A stretch of DNA of 60,362 bases, counting the filler, from Hausera hauseri (lineage: Eukaryota): NCBI GenBank assembly GCA_046269625.1. It is 12 parts of 12 records of this genome, joined end to end, with 100 filler letters (N's around TTAATTAATTAA, not from the genome) between each part and the next. Parts side by side here need not be neighbours in the genome. Positions count along the whole stretch, not along the records: positions 37,916 to 43,989 come from JBJURY010145202.1; positions 44,090 to 48,344 come from JBJURY010673551.1; positions 48,445 to 55,786 come from JBJURY010021007.1; 9 more parts are not named here. One strand, 5' to 3'. The notes under the pieces are model-generated. The model searched no databases, was not told the origin of the DNA, and saw nothing but the letters and a program-made list of their open reading frames with translations. Of the stretch, positions 37,916 to 50,180 are shown piece after piece (the stretch's first letter is position 1; each line of letters opens with the position of its first letter). The translations under genes and the position numbers were made by a program.

Positions 37916-40900
37916 ATGTGGACTGTTACTTCTTTGTCGTCTTTGAGAATGATGATGTTGTGGGAGTGTAAGCGAATTACTTTGTAAGGGCCGACATACT
38001 GAGGTTGAAAACCACACGGCATCTGATTCTTTAGCCAAACGAACTTGGCAGTATATAAATCGTCGGGTATGTAGGGTTTATTTGCGTGTAACAATCTGCG
38101 AAATGAGTCTTTGCTGATCTCAACGAAGTGTCTCTGTGCCACTTGAATGGTTTTGTCTGTAGGAATATATATCCAGCTCAGTGAGCTCGAATAATGACCT
38201 GATGGGAATGCCAAATAAGGCTTCTGCGGGTGAACAGCTTGTAGAAGTAGATGGGGTGTTTTGACAGCCAAGCAGAACGTACGGATTCAGCGAGGATTTT
38301 AAGAGACGTTTTCATCGTTCGGTGAAAGTGTTCGAGAAGGCCATTCAATTGGGGATGATATGGTGACGTGTGAATGTGGTTAATTCCCAATCAACCGACA
38401 AGAGCTTTAAACAGGTTGGATTCGAACTGTGGACCTTGGTCCGAAATGATGTGGCGTGGTGATCCAAACCTGCTGATCCAAGTGCGGATGAAGACGTCTG
38501 CGATTGTTTCTGTGTTGGTACTCCGAAGCATGACAGCCTCTGGCCATCGCGAAGAACGGTCCATCATTGTGAGGATGTACTGATGGCCATTGTCTAAGGG
38601 TAGTGGGCTTACAAGGTCAATCTGAACAGATTCATGATGAGACGTGTAGGAAAAATTGTATAGTAGTGGCTTTAAGTGCTTAGTAACTTTGTATTTTTGG
38701 CATGCGGCACACTGCCAAACCCATGCCCTTATACGTCAGAGCGCATGGGCAGCCATACTACTTAGCGTTGTAAGAGTCGAAAAGTGGCCTTGGCACCAGG
38801 ATGACGCAACGAATGAATGCTATTGAATGCTTCTTTTTGAAGCGATTCAGAAAGGATGACCTTAGGATTATTAGGTATGGAAGTGTCAAAAGCCACACCG
38901 TCGATCGTTTTGCACAATTTAAATGACTTAAGAATGTCAGGAGGTGGCTGGGTTTGTTCAAGTTTAAATTGAGGAAAAGTTGGTGTAAAATCAATCGAGC
39001 TGACTCATCGGGAAAAAAGTCAGCTACTAAATTGTCGACTCCATTTAGGTGCTTAATTTGAAAATTAAATGTGGATAAATACGACATTTGCTTCTCTTGA
39101 CGTTGAGAAGGCAATTTCATGGTGAGAATTTGAAGCAAGGGCTTGTGATCCATTTCTATTGTAAAAGTTCGTGCAGTTAGTAGATGTTTAAAGTGTTTTA
39201 CGGCAAGGACCATTGCAAGCAATTCTCGGTCAAAGGTGGAATATCTCTGATCTTGTGCTGTGAATTTTCAATAGAAGAATTCTAATGGCTTATAAGATCC
39301 ATTTTTGACTTGACGGAGGAGAGTACATGTACTTGTTGTGGATGCGTCCGTGGTTAAAAAGAGTTCTGCATGGGAGTCTAGATAGGCCAAGATTTCTACG
39401 GTTTTTAAATTTCCTTTAAGGTGATCAAAAGCGTTGTCTAGCGGTCCATTGAATGGGCTGTTTTTTCTTGCCAGAGCTTAGTGATGCAAATGGAGCGGTT
39501 AGAGTGGAGCAGTGTGGAACATACTTATGAATGAAGTGCAAGGTTCCGAGGAAAGAACGTATTTCTGTGGATGTACGTGGTAGTTGTATGTTTTTGAGCT
39601 GTGTGATGCGGTCTGGCTGAGGTGAATGTCCGGAGGATTTAATAACATATCCTAGGAGGTTGACCTTATTTTGTAAGAGAGAGCATTTAGAAAAATTGAT
39701 TTGCAAGTTGTTTTGGTGCAAGCGCTGGAAAATCAAGCGTAATAGTTCAGAGTGTTGTTTTAAGGAGGATGATGCAATTAAGATATCATCAATATAGGGA
39801 TAAGCAAAGTCTAAACCTGATAGGACTGTATCTACATGCCTTTGGAAGGTCTGGGAAGCGTTACGGAGTCCAAAAGGCATATAAAAGTATTCTAAAAGGC
39901 TGAATGGTGTAATGACAGCCGTTTTAGGAATGTCTGCTGGGGCCACCGGGATTTGGTGGTATGCTTTGTGCAAATCAATGCAGGAAAAGATGGTCGAACC
40001 ATGCAACCTGTGAAGGATATCGTTGATTAATGTTAGAGGGTAGGCATTCATTGTTGTTATAATATTGAGTCGGCGGTAAACACCGCATGAGCGAAAGGTA
40101 CCATCTTTTTTTGGAATCGCATGCAATGGTGAAGACCAGGGGGATTTGAACATTTGATTATGCCTGATCTCTTCCGTTTGAGAAACTTAGCCTCCACTGC
40201 CTGTCTGCGACGAGGCGATAGCGGACGTACCTTTTGACGTATTGGTCTCTGATGTGTTGTTACTATGTGATGGAAGATGGATTGAAGTAGTACGAATGAT
40301 TTATCCTTCTGCAACAGACGCGTGAAGAAAGACGAAATGTATTGCTGTAGATCAGAAGGCAACGATGAAAAGTTATTAGGCGGTGTCGATGCATCGTGAC
40401 TGGATGCAGTTGGTGTATGATTTATATATGAGGTGTTGTGGCTGGGTGGTATTTGTGCAGGATGTTCGTGTTAAAGATGGTTTTGGCAACTGTAGTATCA
40501 GTAATAGGTGCCACGCAGTTGGATATATCGTATTTGCCACCGTAGTAAAAATTTCTGTATAATGAGCGATTATAAAAATAATTTAAATCGGAAGTTGATT
40601 TTTTCAATATTGACTTGCTGGAAGCGATCGCCCGGGTAGTAACCGAAATGCTGTTAATTTTATTAAGATTATTTCCGCACTTTAAGGAACATCGTTTGCA
40701 ATCTACAAGTAAATTTTAGTGGGACAAAAAGTCGGAACCCAATATAGGTGTGCGTACATTGGATACTCTAAATTTCCATGTGAATGTGTTGTAAAGTGTG
40801 GAATAATGAACGTTAATTTGGTAACTCCAAGAATTTGTAAAGGTTCACCGGACGCAGTGAGCAGTTGCTTTTTTGGAGTGAAATTGTTTTGGATGTGTTG

Positions 40901-42490
40901 TGTTGGTGGCAGTAGAGAGACTGTTGCGCCGGTGTCTATCAGAAAGTTAATGTTTTGTTTTGTTGAAATGACGATTGCTGTTTCCAACTTGAATACATCA
41001 AAGGAAATGTGTCGGCTATGTTTTTGCAAGTTGATGCCTTTGCTAGGACTTGCCATGTATCCTAGCGGTGAAATCTGTTTTTGTAGCTGGTAAGTTTGGC
41101 CTACTGTTTTGTGTGAGCTTCGTAGTGTTGGTCTTATTGTGTGTGTTGTAGGTACAGCCAGGTAGGCATTTTTGTGCTTTTGTGCCAAATTTAGAGGGAT
41201 AGATACAAACGATGTTGCTTGTATTAAAATCGGGGAGTAAAATTTACAACCGATGCAGCATTTCTGAGCATTATTACCAAATTTCCTATGATAATAGCAA
41301 ATAGATGACCGCGCGGGCGAAGTCGACCGTCTTTGACGTTGATTAAATACAGTAGTGGAAGCAGCCCTAGAAAAACCTCGTCGAGGCAGAGTCAATTGGT
41401 TTAATTTTTCGTTTATGTTATTAATTTTCTTCTGTAACATTTAATTTGCCGTGCGTAATTGCGCAATTTGTTGCTGCAGCATTGCACTTTATTGTTGTTT
41501 GTCTGTTGTTAATGCTGCAGAGACAGTTGGTGTTGTATTTGAGTGCAGTACTTCATATCCTTTGTCTGCCAGTTCGGCTAGCTTGTCCAGAGCTGTGGAG
41601 TATTCGACCACAGTAAGCAAAGCTCTTATTTGAAGGGGCAATGCATTTAAAAAGTAGCGACGAATAAGTTCTGGACTGTGTTCAGATGTTACGCCAAGGG
41701 TATTGATGTAAAACAAAGATGTGCGCAAGAATTCAGAAGGCTTCTGTAGTCCCATGGTGTTGTTGTTGAAGAATATTTGAATAACTGAATCGATTGGAGG
41801 TTCAGTAGGCTTGAGAACGGCATTGTAAAGTTGAGTATATGGGTAGGTGAGATGAAGGATGTAGATGATATTAGTAATTTTAGTTTTGATGGAAGCTGGT
41901 AAATTGAAAAAGAGGCTGTTGACTTTGGATAAAGAGTCGACGAAGCCTTGTGATTGGAGGCAGAATTGATGCAGTTTAACCAAGTTTGAGTAGAATTTTG
42001 GCTGTTGAGGAAGTATTCGGTGCAGGGTAAATGAATGAGGAAGGCGTGTTGTGTAGAAGTGCTTGAAGCACGTTTTTTGGGTAAGTAAATGATGGAGATC
42101 TGTGGTTTGGTAAGTTTGTCCAAGGTATCAATTGTGGGTGAAGAATCCATGCCACTACGGATACGGAAGTTAATGTGAAGGCAGACACAAGTTGTAGAAA
42201 GTTGGAGGGGTTCAGCGGAAGGCATTACAGATGTGAGGTAGAAGTCAGAGGAGTGGAGTGAGGTAGAAATGGAGTTGTGAATGGCCGCAGCGTGTAAGTG
42301 TAATGCTGTGCGTGTGTGAATATGTTTATTATTTAAAAAAGGAAGATGTATTAGGGAGAGATGGTATGTCCGGTGCGTGTTGTGGGACGGAAACAAAAGG
42401 TGCCGTCCGACCCAATGGTGGAGGGTGGACGGCCGGGACCTCAGACTCGCCGCGGCGAGTCCCAAATTTCTGGGTAACCGAATTCCCCCT
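37916..42490 (-). mobile_element. Ty3/Gypsy (CsRn1-type) retrotransposon, decayed gag-PR-RT-RH-IN (gag ATG at 42150)
   Basis: gag KPSEFLRTSL/LDKLAELADK and CYYHRKFG..AQKC..GC (CHCC); PR FLIDTGATVSLLP; RT SPWSSPLH, IDLHKAYHQI, MPFGLRNA, YIDD; RH TTDAS, DRELLA; IN ISDQGPQFES, TSPYHPQLNGLLE, GPY. Confidence 0.95.
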
Positions 42491-43295
42491 CAAAGGTCCT
42501 GTAATATTCATGCCAGTGCACAAAACTTCTTTTAGAAAATAAAATGTCAAAGGACTTACAGAAGGACTCAAATAGTTGCACTATAGCAGTAGTATTTGAT
42601 ATCGTCGTAACACCTTTGTTACTTTGTGCCATTTCTGAACTTGGAACAGTAACCGGTGGTTGGCTATTTGTACCTAGTTTAAAAACTGTTGGACACCAAT
42701 TAACAAATTTTATGTCCGTTCTTCTTTTATCTTCAAATATTGCTGAATTTACTTGTTTTGGTGTTACATCACCTCTGTATTTTAAGCAGCAACACATATA
42801 TTTACCTTCTATCAAATTTATATTTATCATTTGACTTTGCTTTTCAAACAAAGCCCTTGTAAGTTCGTGAATTGCCATCTTTTCGTGTTCAGCTCTTCTC
42901 AGTAATATAGGAGCATAATGTATAACAGGGAAATGAATTTATGAACAAGGAACAAGATTTGCTGTTATTTGATCTAAATCAGCATTAAGAAAGCTTTCAT
43001 ATCTTAAAGAAACTGTGAGAGAACTAAAAACCTGAGCCAACACCCTGTTTAAATTGTTATAAATTGGTCTCATGACGTCCAGCATATTATTGCAAATTCC
43101 ATAAACAGCTTCGTTATTAAACATTGAGCAAACTTCTGCTTGTGCAGTCAAAGCATTCATACTCAGAACCGAGTAGTAGAGATCAACAGCAGAAATAGAT
43201 AAATTGTTTGAAGGAGCAACAGCTCTCTCAAATTTAATTATCTTTGTACATTCAACGTTAAGCCTTTCAAGTATTAAAGAAGCAAATCCCGATGA
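42490..43295 (-). pseudogene. Divergent intron-less alpha-tubulin fragment (about residues 146-410)
   Basis: SGFASLILERL, NEAVYGIC, NLNRVLAQ, NLVP.*IHFP, GKYMCCCLKYRGDV.PK.VN, FVNWCPT.FK.G.N.QPP, SNTTAI, KRSFVHW. Confidence 0.92.
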
Positions 43296-43630
43296 AATAT
43301 TCAAACTCAGTAAATATCGAGGCATCTTACAAAATAATGTGAATTTAAATTGCAATTGAAAAATTTACGTACCCGAATAAGAATTATATAGAATCAACCA
43401 GAGAATTCGACCGTGTCGTGTCGGCGAATAATCAACATTTATCTATGATAAAAATCCACCGAGAAATGCACCAAAAATGTGGACCTGATAAAGACGTAAT
43501 TTGTCCAGTAACTGATTGAAACTCAAACACCAATCGTCGTACTTCCAAATTACAGAATAATTCACAGATATTGCACGATATCCATTTGAACTGAAAAATA
43601 ACAATTGTTTGTTTTTCTGAACAAACACAT
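43296..43630 (-). pseudogene. SPG21: Maspardin (alpha/beta-hydrolase fold) fragment, fused in frame to the tubulin fragment
   Basis: GYRAISVNY..IW.YDDWC.SF.QLLDKL.L.QVHIFGAFLGGFL, then LILYNSYSGT*IF...MP, collinear with maspardin. Confidence 0.8.
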
Positions 43631-43634
43631 AAAG

Positions 43635-43960
43635 ACAATTGAATCCCGACTGCCAAACAGAAATTTCTCAAAATTGTGATTCTCGACACATTGTATGTCT
43701 GACAAAATTCATCGATATCTGAGTATAGAATGTCAAAATGATAATAGTTGCCAGCTGCATCAATCACAAGGATTTTACAAAAATCCCACTTCTGATACCA
43801 AATATTATTATGCTGTATAATATCCATCGATCGAGAGTAAAAAATATGGTCAACAATAGTTATTAAACTTGACAAAATCACAAATCAATTGACTGAAAAA
43901 TTTCTAAGATGGAGATAACGACAATTCAAATAAAAAGGTACTGTATTTTTTACAACATTT
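43635..43960 (-). pseudogene. CLUH: Clustered-mitochondria protein (CLU/eIF3 p135 central region) fragment
   Basis: NYYHFDILYSDIDEFCQTYNVSRITILRNFCLAVGIQL compared with CLUH NYFDFDL...YGLQKITLLREISLKTGIQV; upstream NCRYL and DHIF blocks. Confidence 0.65.
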
Positions 43961-44259
43961 AAACAAATTACAATATATTCAGCATTACANNNNNNNNNNN
44001 NNNNNNNNNNNNNNNNNNNNNNNNNNNNNNNNNTTAATTAATTAANNNNNNNNNNNNNNNNNNNNNNNNNNNNNNNNNNNNNNNNNNNNGAGTCCAGTGA
44101 AAGCACATGACAGGAAATAGAATTTTTTGTTGTTGTCTGGTGTCTTCTCCTGCTTATCTACTTCTTTCGGTCTATCGAGTGCCCAGTTCATATACATATT
44201 TGTCTGTTTGTTTCACTGTTTGGCCACAGGCCTTGAGTTTCCCTCTCCATTCACATGTA

Positions 44260-44455
44260 AGCAGACAAGACCTTATGTAAACAGTGTAATGAACCCCAAA
44301 GATGCTGAGGAAGAGGCAGACCTAAAGATATGTGGAAGTGAACATTCAAGGCGAATCCCAGAACACGTCGTAAACCACTGTAATAGAAAGACTGACTCAG
44401 AACAGGATTGGATAGAGGTCCTCTGTGATAGAGGTTTGTGATAATGATGATGAGG
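44260..44455 (+). mobile_element. RTE-clade LINE 3' end remnant
   Basis: NPK...RGRPKDMW...RLTQNRIG followed by a (TGA)n-type tail. Confidence 0.5.
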
Positions 44456-45029
44456 TAATTGAAAGAAGAGCAGAATATACGTACGTGAGGGGTTAGCTAT
44501 TTCCTATAAATGTTACACTTTTCTCGTTTCCTGGACCCCTTGACAACTTCAAACTTTAACGCCCTTTTCTGTCTCCTTCAGACACCTAGCAGACTTACCT
44601 GTGTATTTGACAAAAATTTATTTCTCGTTGGATTTCCAATTTTTGTCGATGTCCTTCTGTGTGGTTGTCTAGTTAATTTGGTAATATCGTACACAAGAAG
44701 AAGAAATAGTTTCATGATTATTGAACATTGTCAATTATTTCTATGCACTCCACAAACGTAAGAAAAGCATAAATGAAATGGCCAGCAAATTTCACAGATT
44801 TGTGTCATTGTATTCAGACTTTCTCAATGATTATATTTATCATAAAATAACCAACTGCCGTTGAATACTCCTTCAATGTTCCATCAAAATGGGTCCATTC
44901 GAAATGACTCAGTTTGTTGTCATGTACGAATAATGCGGATATTATGTAAATGGTAAATGAGGAAAGGAGACAAAATCTCAATATATAAAATTGAAAAATA
45001 TTGCATTATTTCTGTTGATGAAAATAAAT

Positions 45030-46279
45030 ATGGAAAGTCTTGTTCGACAAGAAATAAACGATATTTATGATGGAGAAGAAAATGGTAAAGAAAATGGATT
45101 GGACGCCATTGAATTGGACAAAGATTTAAATGGTAAAATATTCAATAAATATTCAGTTTCATTGAATATTTTTCATAGATTTGTTAGCTCCAATTGATGA
45201 TGATGCATGGCAGAATATTTTTGAAAGTAGTTTTGTTCGTGGACAATAACATTTTAATAATTATTGGAATTTAGATGCGGATATATTTAATACAGATTTT
45301 GGTGCAAGTAAAATTGATAATCATGAAATACCCCCCACGTCATTTTATAACTACAACAATCAGTATACATCATTAACAAATGCTGCTGACCAAAATACGA
45401 ATTATCCATACAACAATCAAATAATGAATGGCTATCATCAACCAGCATCATTTGATAATCATAATATCCATCAATATCAAAATGGATTATTATACCAATA
45501 TTATCCTGATACGACATCACAATTCTACGTGCCTGCCCAATGTCAATATACATTTCCCACAGAATATCAAATGAATTCTGTGCAAAATAATGTCGTACAT
45601 GAATCAATATTTGACAACCAAACATCATTATATAACAACAATCACGAACTTCATAACATTCAACATGACACAAAAATCCATCATCCATCAGAGAGTTCTA
45701 TGATCACAAGAAGTAATGGTAAACAGTCGAATTTTAGTGGTCCATTGAAGATTCCATTAAAACGAAATTCATTTGTAAAGAACAAAGACGAGAAACGTAA
45801 CGAAAGTAACAAACCCAATAATTTTACTTCATTTCGCAAACGAGGTCGTCCGAGATTACCGGCTGCAGTTTTGAAACAAGAACACATCTGTATTTTGGAA
45901 GAGATTTTTCGTCATGATCATATTGCAAATGGGACTTTGTTGTGGCAGTTCATTTTTTATCTTCTGATGAAGTCCGATGAATTGGAAATGGATTTGGGTG
46001 TTCAATGGATTGATAAGATGAGGGGGGTTTTTAAGGTGAATAACAGTAATTTATTTGCGGCATTGTGGGGTCGTAAGACAGGCAATTTTAACTCAACGTA
46101 CATCAATATGTCTAGAATGTTCAGGTTGGTTCTTCTTCTTTGATTCGTGGTTATGATTGACTTTTATTGACAGATATTATTATAAAAGTGGAATTTTGAG
46201 GAAACATCCAACAGACAGATTATGTTACGTATTTGAAAATGAATACATGCGATGGGCTAGAGAATATGATATGATTTAA
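45030..46279 (+). CDS. Host ETS-domain transcription factor (ELF/ESE-like) with AT-hook; exons 45030-45132, 45188-45226, 45275-46124 and 46174-46279 give 365 aa
   Basis: GT-AG introns of 55, 48 and 49 nt give one open frame; ETS domain GTLLWQFI...W.DK.RGVFK......A.LWG.K.....TY.NMSR..R/YYYK.GIL......RL.Y.F; RKRGRPR AT-hook upstream. Confidence 0.9.
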
Positions 46280-46789
46280 CTAATACATTTTTTGATTTTC
46301 ACGAATTTTTATCAGAAAAAATGTATGTAATTTATGGAATTGTAAGTCAACATAGGTAAATTTATTATTTCAGAAGCCAATGAGTCATCAATGTAAATTG
46401 CTAATGGATGCCAATTCTAATAATTTCATTTTTAAATAATAATAATAAATATTATAACTAACGCACTAAACATGGAAATGTATAATATTGTAATTAAGTC
46501 GATAAACCAATAGCATATATTCCCAAGTAGGTAGAAGTGTCAGCTCCACCGCACTTCTCTGATTGGTCCGTTGACCCGTTTTCCCCACCTTATTGGCTAT
46601 TTCGAACATTTCACTAAAAATTTCTCTGATGACCTCCCCCCCGGCCGAAAAGGAGGTCGAGCAATGCACTTTGGACCGAGTGATATCGATAGCGCGTGAC
46701 GAGCTGAGCAAAAGTTAATATATGTGCGGCTTACAGAAATGTAAGGGAGACGCGCTAGAAGAGGAAGAAGCAAAACAGGAAATGTTCCA

Positions 46790-47650
46790 CTTGAAACGCG
46801 AAACATGTTGCTAGCACTGAGAAAATGTGTACAAGGGGTAAATCAATGTCGGCGAATCCAATGGACACAGTTGCAACTCAATCAGACCATGGGAACATGG
46901 GAAAAATCGATGGGAAAATTTCAAACGGGGAAAATTTCCCCTTACACAAATCAAACGGCGATGGAAATGGGTTGAGCTCATAGCCCATCAGCAGTTAAGC
47001 ATTTCATATTATAGCCGCCTCACGATCAGACAAAAGGATCCAGGTAAAAATGGCAACCGAACGAACAAACAAACCGAAAAAACGCATTGTTAAAAGTCTA
47101 AGTCATAGTAGGTAGAAATGAGCTTTCAACCCCATTTCCCAAAAGAGCTCAGATCGGCCTCGGACCAAGTTTTTCCAACCTATCTCGCAATTCTGAGAAT
47201 TTCGTGTTGTTTGGTCGGAGACCCCCCAGACATGTCGCACATGTCACCGATGGAAATCGGTAGAGCTCGATGTGTGTGGCAAATTATTCTACCGCGGCGA
47301 GAGTCTAAAATTTTATTGGGCAGCGCTTGAAGCAAAAGAAGCAAAAAAGGAAATGTTTTGAAAAACGAGACACGAGTTACGAATTGTGCAATGTTCGGTG
47401 CAAATGTCAAACCGATGTCGGGGAATCGAATGCTCACACAATTTCAACTCGGTCTGACCATGGGAACATGGGGCAAAATTGATGAGAAAATTTCAAATGG
47501 TAAAAATTTCCCATTGTTCAAGTCTGCTGGTTGTGGAAATGCGTTGGCTACGTAGCCCATCAGTAGTTGAGCATTTCATATTATAGCCGTCTCACGATCA
47601 GATCAATGGATCGGGGTGAAAATGCAACGAACGAACGAAAAAACATATTG
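46790..47650 (+). repeat. Diverged direct duplication inside a non-coding repeat (about 46840-47090 vs 47400-47660)
   Basis: Shared gaccatgggaacatggg...aaaatttcaaa...tagcccatcag...gcatttcatattatagccg...cacgatcaga. Confidence 0.85.
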
Positions 47651-48444
47651 ATAAAAAGTCAAAATCTCGTTGTAAATGCGTTCGATCGTTTGTTCGCTCG
47701 TTTGTTCGTTTGTTTTTTGTAAAAAGTCGTGTGTAAATTTTATTTTGTACGACGACGACGACGAGGAGCTCATAATTGAGTACTTCTACTACTACTTACA
47801 AGCAGAATGATTGTCACATATCATATTATTATTTTTCAAGATTTGTTCGCTCAGCGATGGAGTGTGTGTGTATTGACAATGAAGAAATGAAACATAACGT
47901 GACACAGGTTGCTAGCACACAAACACTTAAGTTAATCGACTAATTGAATGGTCAGACAATGATAAGCTGTATGGCGCACAATGAAATATATGTACTTCAC
48001 AGATAGATTAAAGTTATTTGTATATCGATCAATGGACAGAAACAATGTAAGCTTACATTTATTGCACAATAATTATTATTAATTCTTATTAATTTTATTT
48101 GCATTTGTTTTATTATTTTATTTGTTTTATTATCATTATTCATTTTATTATTTGCTTTAGTTTTATTATTTTTCATATTTCTGTAACCCTGTTTTTCATG
48201 TCAATCATGTGTCTGTGGGGAAGGTATATACGAGGTAAGTAAAACCAAACAGAAAATCAATACACTGTCGTACATAGTGTACATAAAGTAACCCAGAAAG
48301 TCTCTATAAATAGACATTAACGATCGGTAATTGTATTTAAATATNNNNNNNNNNNNNNNNNNNNNNNNNNNNNNNNNNNNNNNNNNNNTTAATTAATTAA
48401 NNNNNNNNNNNNNNNNNNNNNNNNNNNNNNNNNNNNNNNNNNNN

Positions 48445-48648
48445 CTTTTCCAGTCCGTATTTCGATAACAGTCCGCTGTAATAACTAGGTGGAATCGCCA
48501 ATCGAATCCCAGTCGTTATGCATTTGATTGTGCTGTCCAAAATTGTCGTATTGACATTGGGAAATACGTTGTAGTCTGTACTGTTTGCTGCAGCACGTCT
48601 CGGTACAAAGGCATTTTCGTCTGTTAAGATAATCTTTACATAATTCAT
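48445..48648 (-). CDS. dut: Polinton-borne dUTPase, N-terminal part
   Basis: ENAFVPRRAAANSTDYNV (motif 1 region), TGIRLAIPPSYYSGLLSKYGL (motif 2 region). Confidence 0.8.
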
Positions 48649-48739
48649 TATCATTATTCTTATTTCTATACCAATATTAAAATTACACGTATAGTTATAC
48701 TCCTTAATTGGATTAATAAAGGAAGAAGAACCTCGGAAA

Positions 48740-49120
48740 ACAAAACAACAACAATATTTGTTGATAATTAAAATGTGCTTCAGCCACACGCCAAATCGGG
48801 CTTTTAATATCGGCTTTTTTATATCCTTGCAATTGAATGTTTAGTCGACAATTTAAATCATCATCGCATACATTAGAAATTTTGTGACCTATAAAATCAA
48901 AAGATTTCGTTTTCTGCGCCGGTAAAACGACAGATTGCTGTCGCACGGTCGTTTCGTTTAACTTAAATCCACGTTTAATTGATGTAGAGCATCAGAAAGT
49001 TTATTTAAATTTTCACTCGAAAGCCGTTTTATACGATAGCTGTACTTGAGTGCGCATAGGGACACGGGATCATTCAATGAAATCAGTACGGACGTTTGCA
49101 GAAAATGCATTTCATACTTG
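48740..49120 (-). pseudogene. KSPIW-family Polinton ORF (putative SSB-like)
   Basis: ISLNDPVSLCALKYSYRIKR...CRLNIQLQGYKKADIKSPIWRVAEAH. Confidence 0.5.
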
Positions 49121-49229
49121 CGAAAAATTCGTTTCGGTAAAAATGTCTGTGTTTGGCGCTGCAGTTTTGATTTTCGTTTACATATTCCAGTCACTGTCAT
49201 TTGCCTTTTTAACTTAGTCTGCTGCCCGA

Positions 49230-49615
49230 ATACCGAGTAGAACAATTTTTTCACCGTAAACACATTGACACAAAGTGTGCGAAACAATGTCAGTCTCAGT
49301 GCAGGAAACAGTTCGGGTTCATACGTACATTCAGTGGCTATTGCTAATTTGTACAGATTGATTGATGCGCAGTCTAACTAAGTCGTTACCGTTATTGATT
49401 GGATTTGGTCAATGACAATTACGAATGGTAGTAGTTTACTGTTACTGTCAGCTGTGATTGGTTTGCGACAACCCATAATGCGACACTTTCACGACTGAAA
49501 TATGATGCATGTAAAATACTATAGATATTTATATGTGTGTATATGAGTACTGGTCTGAGAGATTATGCAACGGTAACGTTATTAACATCGACGATAAAGC
49601 CTCGAAACAATCGGA
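49230..49615 (-). pseudogene. TBP-like gene, second copy
   Basis: IIFQS*KCRIMGC, IQSITVT, YEPELFPALRL, VNVF..KIVLLGI (frameshifted). Confidence 0.8.
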
Positions 49616-49714
49616 CTTTAACAACCTGTCTGTGAAGACTAGCGTCTAGGTGGCAACGATTATAAACAAATACGATTCGATGCATCAATCTTCATTCATT
49701 CATTCATTCATTGA

Positions 49715-50040
49715 ATTATGCATTTCAAACATAGTCAACCGTACTTTATTGCTTTGCTTAAAGCACCGTCGAGACATAAACGGAACATGCTGCAATCATT
49801 CCCGCAATTTTAATAGACAATTTGATGAAAATTTTATACAATATCGTTGTGGGTCACGTTGACATTGGTAGTGGAAAGTTGAATTCACTAAAGTATCGAA
49901 GACAACTAATTGTCCTTGCCAACACACGTAGTAAACGACTGAAACGAGAGGTCATATACCAGAAAGATGGCGGATTTCTTTGTGCAATTCTACCTCTTTT
50001 CACATCCTTACTGGTTGGACTCATTGGTTCTGCAGCATAG
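49715..50040 (+). pseudogene. Small Polinton protein with QxGGFL tail
   Basis: KILYNIVVGHV...QKDGGFLCAILPLFTSLLVGLIGS. Confidence 0.6.
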
Positions 50041-50180
50041 TATAAACAATGACGGTAAGTATATGAATATTTAACGATATTGGTCATGGTTTTTATCATT
50101 TTGTCCCAATTTACCGAATCTTTCATTAACGTTTTGTTCTAATTGCTGCAATGCAAACAAGAACGACATCATCGACGACA

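Noticed and set aside
42370-42470. HDV-like or hammerhead ribozyme in the Gypsy leader
   Set aside because: CTGANGT is present instead of CTGANGA with no GAAA partner, and the nested double-pseudoknot order of HDV-like ribozymes cannot be built
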